Shown here: in pieces, positions 1 through 9,599 of the stretch
Position numbering within the stretch: position 1 is the first letter of the stretch
Layout of the letters: each line of letters begins with the position of its first letter
Assembly: GCA_000091205.1 (NCBI GenBank)
Contig: AP006492.2
Length of the DNA: 64,000 nucleotides
Reading direction: 5' to 3' (one strand)
DNA from: Cyanidioschyzon merolae
Taxonomy: Eukaryota
Program-made: the position numbers and the translations under genes
The notes under the pieces: model-generated
Seen by the model: the letters and a program-made list of their open reading frames with translations, nothing else
What the model was told of the DNA's origin: nothing
Database searches by the model: none

Positions 1-2250
1 GGAGACTCCGGCTCGTTCCATCTTCAGAAATGGAGCCTCGTGCGGGACCGTGTCAAAGGCCTTTTGAAAGTCGGTGAAGCATACGTAAGCTGGTTGTTGG
101 CCGCTAATGGAGCAACGTTGCACCCTTCAATGAGGGTCAGGGCATGGCTCATGCACTCCTCGTGGCTCCGGAATCCAGCCTGTTCTGGGACGAGGAACTT
201 GCGTTCCTGGAGGCCTCTCTGAGTCCGGTTCGTGGGAATGGCGCAAAGTAGCTTCATGATTGACGGGATGAGGCGCATAGTCCGGTAGTTGTTCATGTCT
301 GTGTGGGAGTCCTTTTTGAGGACCGGTACGACCTCGGCAGTCCTCCATACATCCGGGATGTACGCCTCTTCGAACATGCGTTGGATGAGCTCCACAAGGC
401 GTTTGCCTAAGCTTGTGTCAGATTCATCTGGTATTGATGGTGTCCCTGTTGTCCCGTCTTTTGGGGTCACCAGTTTCATCCACTCCGCAGGGATACCGTC
501 GATGCCAGGTGTTTTGCGGTTGCTTGAGCATAGCACGGTCCGAACAGATTCAGGCCAGAAGATTGGGTCGTTCCATTCCGGTACCGGTTCGAGGCGCGGT
601 AGTTCTGCAGCATATTGGTGCCAATAGATTCTGTCTTGGCAGTGCCCAGTTGCGTCTTCATGCAGCTCTGTGCCGTGGTCCGTCCAGGCCTCATTCACTG
701 AGGCACGCTCCGTCCTCAGCGCTTCCTCATAAACGACTGGTGTGAGCCCCAGGCACTTTTTTGGTGGGTCCAGTCTCGATCGAATGTAGCGCCAGGTCTC
801 ATCTTCGTTGGTGCTCTCTAGCATAGATTTCGCCAGGGAGGCGATTTTGCGGGTTCGATCCTCTCGTTTGTCTTCTCTGGAAAGTTTCTTCTTTCTTTTG
901 ATAGCTTCTTCATGTTGTGCCTGTAGCGCCGTTAGGACTGCCTTCGCTTCCTTGTCTCCGGCGTTGGCGCGTATGGCGGTGTGGTTGACGATCTGATAGA
1001 GTCGGTGGTGCTCGTCAATCCGGGTATTGGTACGTCGTTTCAGGCACTGAGGTTTGCAACTGTTGCGTTCTGGTGCAAGCAGTCCCAGCTCTCCGGCAAT
1101 CTTCTGATTCCCATCTACAAACTCGCGTGCCAATTGGTCTAAAGATTTGTATGCACGGCTTTTCGGATCTTCAGCGCTGTGAGTAGGTGACTTGGTTTGG
1201 CGACGGCTTTCTTGAGTTCCTGCTGGGGTGCTCTTTCGGGGACGACATGTGATGGGCTCGCTGGAGCCCCCGCCTGTGGGCTCGTTCGGGAGTTCTTCTT
1301 TCTATTCTTCTGTTTTTTTCTTGCTGGTCTACTTCTTCTTCGGGCTCTTTCCTGAGCTACATTCTCTGGTTATTTTGCATCTAGGTGGATCATGAGGTTT
1401 CTGTGTCTCCTTCTCCGTGTCTGGTTGGGTCTCTTTTCCTATTGTACAGTCCTCGACTTGTATCAGTTCTTCATTACTCTACTAGTAATTCGATATCTCG
1501 TAGTTCAATACCGAGGCGATCCCGCTAATATTCCATGATGCGAAACCTATCGAGTCGTAGCGCATAAGGGAATAGGAGTAACGCTGCGGTACTCGAGAGA
1601 TACGTTGTCGATTGAGATGCACCCTCCACGGGGTGTGTGAGAGCACATGCCACCAGTGCCTCCTGCATTCCAGTCGTTCACTGAGTGTCTGCCGCAGCGC
1701 TAGCGTAGAATCAGATGTACGCTAGTCAAGGTCGATTCGAATGCGACCTTTATCTTGCCCGACGCTTTAACCTCCCCTCAACAATTGGGAACAGTCTGCA
1801 AACCACCCTTTCAGCGGCTACGTATCCGCTCCCCAAACACATAGGCGGGCAAGCCGCTTATTCCAGCTTCGACCGCAAACATACTGCCAGCCGTCTTCAA
1901 AAGTCTCCGCCGAGACTTTTTCCAAAGTTGAGGTAGGTACCCAAGGTAGGAGATAAAACTGAGCCCGAGTCCGAGGATCGATCCAAGATTTGCGCCCGAA
2001 CCTGCAGCGTTGATTCGGGAGGGGCGGATGACTGATCAGGATTTTCGTCAACATTTTCTGGTGCTACTGCCGCCGCCCCTCCGTTCGTTGCGCGGTCAAG
2101 GTCCCTGGCGTGGGCTTCCTTCGCCGTCGCCCAAGCACCCCGCGTTAACCCACTTTCAGAGCTTCTCCGGAAAAACTAGACCTCTAAGGCGGGCGTGGTG
2201 TGTGGGTCTTTAAGATAGTTGTTCTTTAATAAATAGTTTGTGACTGGTTT
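1..2250 (-). mobile_element. LINE-like non-LTR retrotransposon, copy 1 (3' part lies beyond window start); RT ORF plus ~1.1 kb 5' leader
   Basis: Sequence 1..2250 is near-identical to 41141..43393 (copy 2), including the RT ORF and the long leader ending in '...taaatagtttg(t/c)gact(g/a)gtttgttttgtt'. Homology to copy 2 stops at ~2250. Confidence 0.6.
24..1133 (-). pseudogene. LINE reverse transcriptase ORF (partial; 1-nt indel near 130 shifts frame relative to copy 2)
   Basis: Translation carries RT motifs (GIDGIPAEW, VVPVLKKD, YRTMRLIPS...). Compared with the copy-2 ORF (40919..42274) it diverges after '...SHALTL' because of an indel. Confidence 0.55.
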
Positions 2251-2717
2251 GTTTTGTTATCGGTGTTTTTGTACCCGGCGTTTTGCTCACCACGACCAGA
2301 TCGACGCCGAGATATCTCGGAGATCGGCCAGTCTACTGACACGATGCGAATGCCGCCGTTGAATGGAAACGCGATCCTGATCAGTAGCGTGTTGTTCTAC
2401 TGGAAAAATTGGATTTCCGTTAAGGTCTTAGCAGAGTACAGTTTTTTAGTTCATTTTTCTTTCAAACCTCAAACAAGTGTGTTCAAGTTTTTTTTCGCAG
2501 TATATAACAGAAGCGTTCACAGAGCGTTGTTTTTCAAAAAAAAAACTAAAAAAGGAAAGCTATGAGAAAGCAAGTCCACGATCCTGGAGGCCCAGGGTCG
2601 CCGGCTGCCAGAAAAAAACGAAAAACAGTGCCGAGTCCAGAAGAAAAGGGAGAGAAGAAGAACCGAAAGGGGGAGGCCCTACGTTGAAGGCTGCAACAAA
2701 GACGACTTTACGACGAG

Positions 2718-4976
2718 ATGGTGGTGAAAACCTTCCTTCTTAAACATATCAAGGATCCGTGCAAGGAAAAGTTGCGAGACGCTATCAAAAAACGTGTCGA
2801 CTCGTACTCCAAGAGTATTGTCAAGGCGTCGTCAGTACTGATGCATTTGGTGAGGGAGATGTATCGCGACGTGACGCACATGGAAACAGTCGAGATTCCT
2901 GACGATTTTTTCGACAAGACGTTTATTCGTCACCTGATGCTTGGCACAGCGGAAGCGCTGAAGGAAAATATGCTAGTGCACGCCCTCCACGAAAACTTGG
3001 TGGAATTCCGCTTCGAAGGTAATCGATACAGGGGTGCCTCGGATATTTAGGCATACGGAGCGAAAAAGTACATCACGAGTCTGAAGAACCATTTGACAGT
3101 GAACCTCGAACGTTTTATGATACGCGCGGTGGGTACACTCTACCCGGGCATCTTTCGCAACGGAAAATGGGCGATTATCAATGGCATCATGAAAGATCGA
3201 AAGTATGAAGTTGAGATCGAGTTTGTCGATAAGAAGGCGTCACGCAGGAGCGCAAATGAAGCTTCTGTAATCCGTGCGGCTATCCAAGAGTATCGTGCAG
3301 TCCTGGGGCTGGCGAATTTGGCAGAAAATTTATCAGAGTTGAAAAAAGATAAGGAAAGATACTACCGCCTCATCCTGTGATATTTCGTGTTTCTGGACCG
3401 AGAGCTCGAACGCGAAGCGGAGATGAAGCTGAGTGAAGAGACAAATCAAGAGTGGGAGAGACGGAAGGCTTTCCTAATGGGTAAGCGCTTCAACGGCGTT
3501 CCAATGTGCAATATCAAGTCACATTTCGTGACTATCGATTCAGGCGTCCTTTACGGCATCATGAGGGAGATCTGTCCGGAGTTCGATGTGAGCAGGGAGG
3601 ACTTCATCGGTGAAAACCGGGAGACGTACTGGAAGAGTATCTTCGATTTCAAACGTCTCAAAGTCAGCAAACAAAAGGTATTTACTGGGTTGATCGAAAC
3701 CGATGGAGTAGCCACGTGTGTACTCTATCGGCGGTTGAAGAAAGATCGTCCAGTTCCGCCCTCGGCCGCGCCCGTCACGAGGGATGCAGAAAACAAAGAG
3801 GAGGATTCTGTGATGCAGGAGGTGGAGGATACCGAGTTTGTCGTTGACGTGACGAAGGATGAAGAAAACAAAGAGGAGCATCCTGCTACGCAGGAGGTGG
3901 AGGATAACGACCTTGTCGTTGACGTGGCGAAGGATGAAGATGAGAAGAAGGCGGATCCTTCGGCGCAGGAGGTGGAGAATAACGACTTTATGGTTGACGC
4001 GGCGAAGCATGAAGAAAACAAGGAGGCGGGTCCTGCGACGCAGGAGGTGCAGGAGAACGACTTGGTCGTTGGCCTTGACCCTGGGAGCACGACCATCCTA
4101 GCCATTGCTGCACCCAAGCGTGCGGAAGACGGTACTGACGGCAAATTACGTCAGAAAGACATGCGTGTGTTCAAGCTCTCGAATGCGAGATATTACCGGG
4201 AATCGGGAACCATGAATGCGAGGAAGAAAATTGAGACTTGGAATTCAGGAATAAAAGAGCACCTGGAAGCTATGAGCGAGGTGACGAGCCGAGGAGCGGA
4301 CTTTCGAGCTTTTCGGAAATTCATGGAAGTTCGTGTTGCTCATTGGGAGGCGCTGTTGGAGGAGTATACAAAGCCCGTGTGAGCTCGTCTGTGTATGAAT
4401 CTGTATTGTGGAAAGCAGCGTGCATTCGCGAACTTTTTCCATGAGTTGAGCGCCTCGAAAGAGGACAAGACTCAAAGGCTCGTCGTAGCGCACAGAGCGG
4501 TGCACTGGATGACCCAAAAAGGGACTCCGCCAGCTCCAACGACGAGAACGTACAAGGAGTGTGCACGGCGTTTTGTTACAATACCTGCAGACGAGTTCCG
4601 AACATCTTATACACACCATGAGCTGGGTTGTAAACTTCAGAGGGTCGAGATGAAAATGTGCCAGCGGAGCCCTAAGGACATAGCAAAGTACGGACCGCTG
4701 ACGGAGGAGCTAATGGAAAGGAGGGCGAAAGTTCGTGGACTCTTTGCATTAGTAAGTGCAACCAGTGATGGCAAGAAACGTATGGAGTTTGTGAACCGCG
4801 ACTTTAATGCTGCCATCAATATAACGAGATATGCGGTGCTGGAGACGAGACCTCCAGAGCAGACAAGAGAGCTCTTTGTTGAACAGTCACTAAAAGTTGA
4901 ACTATATGAGAAGAAATGGGAAGCAGTAGTGGATGGCCGTTCGAAAAAGACGGGGAGGCGTCTGCATGTTAGTTAA
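2718..4976 (+). pseudogene. Fanzor (eukaryotic TnpB / OrfB_IS605-like RuvC nuclease) ORF with three in-frame stops (TAG 3051, TGA 3381, TGA 4380)
   Basis: ORFs 2718..3050, 3093..3380, 3387..4382 and 4395..4976 are all in the same frame. Motifs: RuvC-I-like '[18 protein letters not shown]', 'IPADEFRTSYTHHELGC' (YTSQ-like plus degenerate zinc finger), and RuvC-III 'KRMEFVNRDFNAAINI' near 4780..4825. Confidence 0.55.
3780..4075 (+). repeat. ~72-nt tandem repeat (about 4 units) encoding acidic '[21 protein letters not shown]' inside Fanzor A, just upstream of RuvC-I
   Basis: Direct reading of protein 3387..4382. Copy B has 1 unit and copies C/D have 2. Confidence 0.6.
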
Positions 4977-5093
4977 TGACGTCTGCACTAGGGCGGGTTT
5001 CGCCGCCTCTACACCGCCGGTGACACCGTTTTTCTTTTGAAAGACGTTTGTTTCCAGGGGTGAAAGCGACAGAATCGGGACGTGCGTGCTGCC
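4977..5093 (+). ncRNA. Conserved structured non-coding 3' end of the Fanzor element (candidate omegaRNA scaffold / right end)
   Basis: 'ggcgggtttcgccgcc' hairpin, 'caccgccggtg' near-palindrome and the T-tract 'ccgtttttcttttg' are identical in copy B (reverse complement at 14707..14926) and partly conserved in C (26372..26463). Confidence 0.25.
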
Positions 5094-5994
5094 ATCATTA
5101 TCATCGTTCAAAGATCCCTGACCGCTGGGCCCGAGACTCGGCAGAGACTGGCTTATTCACTGTCGGAGATAAGAGAGACGAAAAGGAAGCGAGAGGAGAA
5201 AGAGCCCGCCAGGCTGGTGCTTATCACACTAGGAAAAGCCGAACTTTTTTCTGTGGACCCCCGAGTCAGCGAGTTCCGTCCATGTTGTTGGGGTAGTGGG
5301 TGTAGACGGCAATGCGCCCGCGCACCGGCCGAGCCTGGGAAGCACACGCACTTTCCGGTTACGATCCAGACTGTTTATCATCAAACAAACATGCTGTTAG
5401 GAAAGCTCGTTTTCCCAGAGCCGACCCACTGGGTGCGGCACGCAATCTGCCCGATGCTGGGACGTCCTTAGGAGGCAACCAGCGATTCATGCGTGGACGC
5501 TCGCGGGAACGCCACGCTCGGGGCCGCGGCTCCCCGCGCTCTACAGAAACAGCCTCGAAACATGCCCAGGGCTCTCGCACATGAATACAGTGCGGAACAA
5601 AAGCTGGACGCTCGCCACGCCCGTCATCAACGGCGCTTGTCTCGATTTGAGCACCAAGCGTCAACGCAATGGGCTTTTGCTGGAGCCCGTCTCTGGATGG
5701 TAACGGTGCAGGTTTGCCAAACGCTCGACGACGTCGACGCGCTAATCTCGATAAAACTGGTCAAGGATGCTCTGCCGCTGTTTAAAAGCTCTTAAGCACG
5801 GCGACATGCTCGTCAAACGCTCTGATCGAACCGACTTGCCGCGAATGATCGTGGAAATCGACCGGCACCAGCCAGCGTGCCCGAACGGCGGTCGCTTGAC
5901 GCCGAAACAACGCAAGCATGCTTCGCGGGTACGGTGTGTGCAGAGCGCATGCTCCACGCTGATACGAGGTCCCATTCTGGATCATTCCATTTCC

Positions 5995-6017
5995 GTGTAT
6001 GTGTGTGTGTGTATGTG
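5995..6017. repeat. (GT)n microsatellite
   Basis: gtgtgtgtgtgtatgtg. Confidence 0.8.
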
Positions 6018-6041
6018 CCCAGCTCGAAGCGTCCGTCTGGA

Positions 6042-7511
6042 TTACACCCTCGCATGCGTATGCTGCGTATGCTCAGATGCGCTCGAATCAGAGAGCAGTC
6101 CTAGGCGCCGTCGTGTCGATAAGCGCGTTCGATAGCACTCAATATCCCTGCCTTGGTACGGTGGGCGATCGCCTGCCTCGAGCGAAACAAACGGTCGAGG
6201 CGCAGACCCCGTGTACACCTGCGCCGGACGAACCACGTGGGTATGCTCTCGAACATCGAGCTGGGCTTCGGCCAGCTGAGCCTCTCTGCTATGTGCGAGC
6301 CATCCCGCGATGCGCGGTATAGCGAACAAAAGCGGGTAAAAGTCGGTCGGGAAACCCAAAGCCCGATAAATAACACCACTGTAAAAATCTACGTTCGGAT
6401 AGAGTCGACGAGCTCGGAAGTATTCATCCTGAAGTGCACGTTGTTCGAGCTCTTTAGCCACAAGAAAGAGCGGCTCCTCGACTTTGACCAGCTCGAGAAT
6501 CTTCTCCACCTGCTCTTTAAGAATGCGAGCTCGTGGATCAAACGACTTGTACACTCGATGCCCGAATCCAAAAAGGCGCTCCTCCTTCGCCTTCACGCGC
6601 TCGAGAAACGGCTCGATGTTCTCAATCGTCTGAATGCGCTCGAGCTGTCGTACAACCGCTTCGGCGGCGCCGCCGTGGCTCGGCCCGAACAACGCGCTTG
6701 CGGCGCCACTGATGGCGGTGTACGGATCAACACGCGCACTCGTCAAATGACGCATACACGCTGTCGAGCAGTTCAGCTCGTGATCCGCATGAACGATCCA
6801 GAGAATGTCGAGAGCGCGCACGATCGCAGGGTGCGGCCTATAATCCCTCTCCGAGAGGCGATCGAGCATGTAGAGAAAATTCTCGGTGTAGCCGAGGTCC
6901 ATGCGAGGCTCGTTGAACGCACGACCTATCCGATGCCGGTATGCATTCGCAGCGATAGTACTCGCTTGCCCCAGAATGCGATATATGTGTTTATCGAGCT
7001 GCTGCAAATCACCCGCTGGAATTGTGGTCGCAAGAGCCGCCATCGACGAAATGAAAATGCCCATGGGGTGCGCATCGTAACGAAATGAGCGCATGTAATC
7101 ACAGATGTCCGTGTGCAGGAATGAGTGATCAGCGACAAGTTTGCTGAACTGGTCCAACTGTCCCTTCGACGGCAAGTCCCCAAAAATCAATAAAAATGCA
7201 ACTTCCAGGAAAGAGCTCTGCTCCGCGAGCTGCTCGATTGGAATTCCTCGGTACCGCATAATCCCCTGCTCGCCATCTATGTACGTTATGCTCGACCGCG
7301 CCATCACCGTGTTCAGATAGCCACTATCATAGCAGACAGTGTGCGTACCCGTCGCTTCCTGGACAGTCAACGCGACGTCCCTGGCTGCAATGGCAATCGT
7401 AGGCTCGGTGGCCGACTCCAGCACCTCGCACTCCCGAGCCTCGTCAGGGCTCTGAGTACCGTTTTTCACGCTCACCCTCACGGTGAGTGATGCGCTCCTT
7501 TCATCTCCCAT
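6042..7511 (-). CDS. citrate synthase
   Basis: 489-aa ORF with citrate synthase signatures ('GIPIEQL', 'HADHELNCSTACMRHLTSARVDPYTAISGAASALFGPSHGGAAEAVV', 'GFGHRVYKSFDPRA'). The ATG sits one codon inside the ORF-track GTG start. Confidence 0.85.
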   Translation of the reverse strand: MGDERSASLTVRVSVKNGTQSPDEARECEVLESATEPTIAIAARDVALTVQEATGTHTVCYDSGYLNTVMARSSITYIDGEQGIMRYRGIPIEQLAEQSSFLEVAFLLIFGDLPSKGQLDQFSKLVADHSFLHTDICDYMRSFRYDAHPMGIFISSMAALATTIPAGDLQQLDKHIYRILGQASTIAANAYRHRIGRAFNEPRMDLGYTENFLYMLDRLSERDYRPHPAIVRALDILWIVHADHELNCSTACMRHLTSARVDPYTAISGAASALFGPSHGGAAEAVVRQLERIQTIENIEPFLERVKAKEERLFGFGHRVYKSFDPRARILKEQVEKILELVKVEEPLFLVAKELEQRALQDEYFRARRLYPNVDFYSGVIYRALGFPTDFYPLLFAIPRIAGWLAHSREAQLAEAQLDVREHTHVVRPAQVYTGSAPRPFVSLEAGDRPPYQGRDIECYRTRLSTRRRLGLLSDSSASEHTQHTHARV

Positions 7512-8009
7512 CACAGACGACGAATCTCCGGTTATGTCTTCCTCTGGTAGCGTATCACGTCGCCTGTGTTCGTCAGTGTGCGCTACTCAGCACGAGATCG
7601 TTAAACGACGCGTCTGAAGCCGTCGGCTTACCTGACACCAGACGCAGCGTCCTTCTCGGGAATCGGCATTGCGCCTGGACGGCGGCGTGTGTCGCGACAC
7701 GGGGCGCTGCTCTGACAGCAGGTTGGCTCGGCGAGTGTCGCGGTGCAGAGGGGGAGACGTCGGGCACCAGCGTCTAGTGCAAGTTCACTGGTACAGAACG
7801 CAAAGGTAACGGTGCTTGCTGGAAGCGGTTTGTGCAAACCTCTGTTTGAAATAGGTAGAGCGGTACTCTGATCTGTGCGCTGATCTTGCGGTGCACTGAC
7901 GAGAGAAAGCTGTGCAAGCGACTCGAGCGTCAACGATTGAGTTTGTGCAGTGCCTGCTGTGTACCGCAGTGAGCTGTGATAAGCCAAGCGGACTGCAGAC
8001 TCGGAAGTT

Positions 8010-8516
8010 ATGCAGCCGGATAAAGAAGTTCGGGGCACCGAGGCCGTCGATGCGGCCAGCTCCTCGCCATCGCGTGATAATCGCTCCAAGGAGCAGATGA
8101 TCGAAGACGCCTTGAACTGCCCGTGTGTAGAGTCACTGAAGGAGGGATCGTGTGGTGGGGCTTTTATCGCTGCGTATCGGTGTTTTTTGGAAAGCGAAGC
8201 CGAGCCACGAGGTTCCGATTGTTATGAGGTGTTCCAGCGGATGCAGGACTGCATGCTCGCACACCCGGACGAGTATCACTTTGACGATCGCGAAGAGGAG
8301 GAGGCCGAGTTGGAGCGACGTTCGTCGTCCGTCGAAAACGGCAGGTCGGTTGTGGTGAATCCAGAGCCGCTGCCGGCACCAGCTAGTGCCCCACCTTCAA
8401 CTGGACGAGATCCCAGTGAATCATTGGAGGGTGCGCGCACTCGAGCTGTTGTTGCGGCAGCGAGCTCCACCGAGGACGGGCAAAGCAAACCCGAGCAGGG
8501 CGCTCGTTCGAGATGA
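8010..8516 (+). CDS. Mia40/CHCHD4-like mitochondrial IMS oxidoreductase (CHCH domain)
   Basis: 'CPC' redox motif followed by twin Cx9C: 'LNCPCVESLKEGSCGGAFIAAYRCF...GSDCYEVFQRMQDCMLAHPDEY'. Confidence 0.6.
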   Translation: MQPDKEVRGTEAVDAASSSPSRDNRSKEQMIEDALNCPCVESLKEGSCGGAFIAAYRCFLESEAEPRGSDCYEVFQRMQDCMLAHPDEYHFDDREEEEAELERRSSSVENGRSVVVNPEPLPAPASAPPSTGRDPSESLEGARTRAVVAAASSTEDGQSKPEQGARSR

Positions 8517-9599
8517 GCTTTCTTGAGTGCTTGCTGGCAAGCGCATCGAGTGCGTCGACAGCGGCGGTGCTCTGGTTCCAGAATCCACGTGCCGGTGCCT
8601 GGACGAGTGCAGGTCTGAACGGCACTTCTGCGCATCGAGCGCTTCGTTTGCGGGTCTGGAATGCGTCGAAGAGGAAGTTTTTATGATAACGGAGCGTTTA
8701 CTGGGGACAGCGCTCCGCTGCATAGAGTTTTTTGAGGACGCATTCGAGACGATCTTGTTGCTCGAATGGTGCTCCTGCGCGGAACTGCATGTGCGTTTCC
8801 TTGCGTGTCGTCGGGGTCGAATCTCGGGTGAGCACTATGGTGCCCCCTCCCGAGTCGTCGTCTGGAAGCTACGGCTGCCAAGCGCTCGGTTCTTTGAATC
8901 TTTGTCTGCTGTATTCGCGTGCTGCAACGAACGAGCAGCGAGAAGCTTGATTTTTCGTTCGAAGAGCGGTCTGCACTCGCCATGGTGCCCATGTATGCAA
9001 TCTCGCGCGAGGCTGCTGCACATGGCGCGCAGAGCGCTTCGTTGGCGTGGATACCGACTTGAGTTGTTGCACGCGACGAATGAGTCCGGCGCATGGGGGC
9101 ACCCAGCATGCAACTGGCGTCAGGCGGGCATCCCGCTGTGCCCCGATGTTCGTGCTAGGTACCAGAGCATTGGAGCGAAGGCTTTTCTCTGGTCAGCATG
9201 GTCTATGCGACGGAACGTCGACGGCTGTGTTCTGTACCTCATACGGTGGCGGAAGGTGTGCGCCCATACTCGGGGTTTTCTACATACGGGAGTATCGTTG
9301 GCTTCAACGGCACGATGACATATGCTTCGGGATATGGTCCTGGAAGAAGCTGGAAACGGGACTATATGCCCACAACAACTGCTATGAGTGCAAGTCAAGA
9401 TCTCAGGGCGTGCCCCCATTGGAGCAGCATCACTTGCCAGCTACGATTTGATCACGCCTGCGGGATGCAGCGAATGGCTGAAGCGCAGTTTCTCATGCTA
9501 GAGCATTCGCTTGTAAACAGATGTGTCGAATGCCTGCTTTTACGGGCTTCTGTCATGGAGAAAAGGTTCTCAAATCGTCATTCGGACGATGACGCAGCG

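Larger units (their letters stand above)
2285..5093 (+). mobile_element. Fanzor/TnpB-like element, copy A (boundaries +/- 40 bp)
   Basis: Left end inferred where homology with copies B and C (5' leader '...gcgtttcc(a/c)ttcaacggcg...cgtgtc') stops. Right end inferred where the conserved 3' segment shared with B/C/D stops (between 5052 and 5093). Confidence 0.5.

Noticed and set aside
850-870. tRNA T-arm-like 'gggttcgatcc'
   Set aside because: It lies inside the LINE RT coding sequence in both copies (also at ~41990) and has no cloverleaf context. I found no convincing tRNA anywhere in the window, but a manual scan is not exhaustive.
3540-4144. Minus-strand ORFs 3540..4010 and 3725..4144, and + ORF 3859..4101
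   Set aside because: They are antisense or out-of-frame readings of the acidic 72-nt repeat inside the Fanzor ORF. Their composition is repetitive (RRRR..., SSSS...).
3051-4382. In-frame TAG/TGA in the Fanzor ORF as evidence of stop-codon reassignment
   Set aside because: Host genes in the window (PGK, citrate synthase, RHM-like, Rpn13 and others) terminate normally at TGA/TAG/TAA. Homologous positions are sense codons (TAC, TGG) in other copies. These are ordinary nonsense mutations.
6153-7088. 311-aa + strand ORF antisense to citrate synthase
   Set aside because: It is fully contained within, and opposite to, a strongly supported citrate synthase CDS. It has no motifs and shows GC-rich antisense ORF inflation.
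8527-9318. 263-aa + ORF and overlapping minus ORFs downstream of Mia40
   Set aside because: Cys/Arg-rich composition with no motifs. Several overlapping frames are open, which makes this likely non-coding GC-rich sequence.
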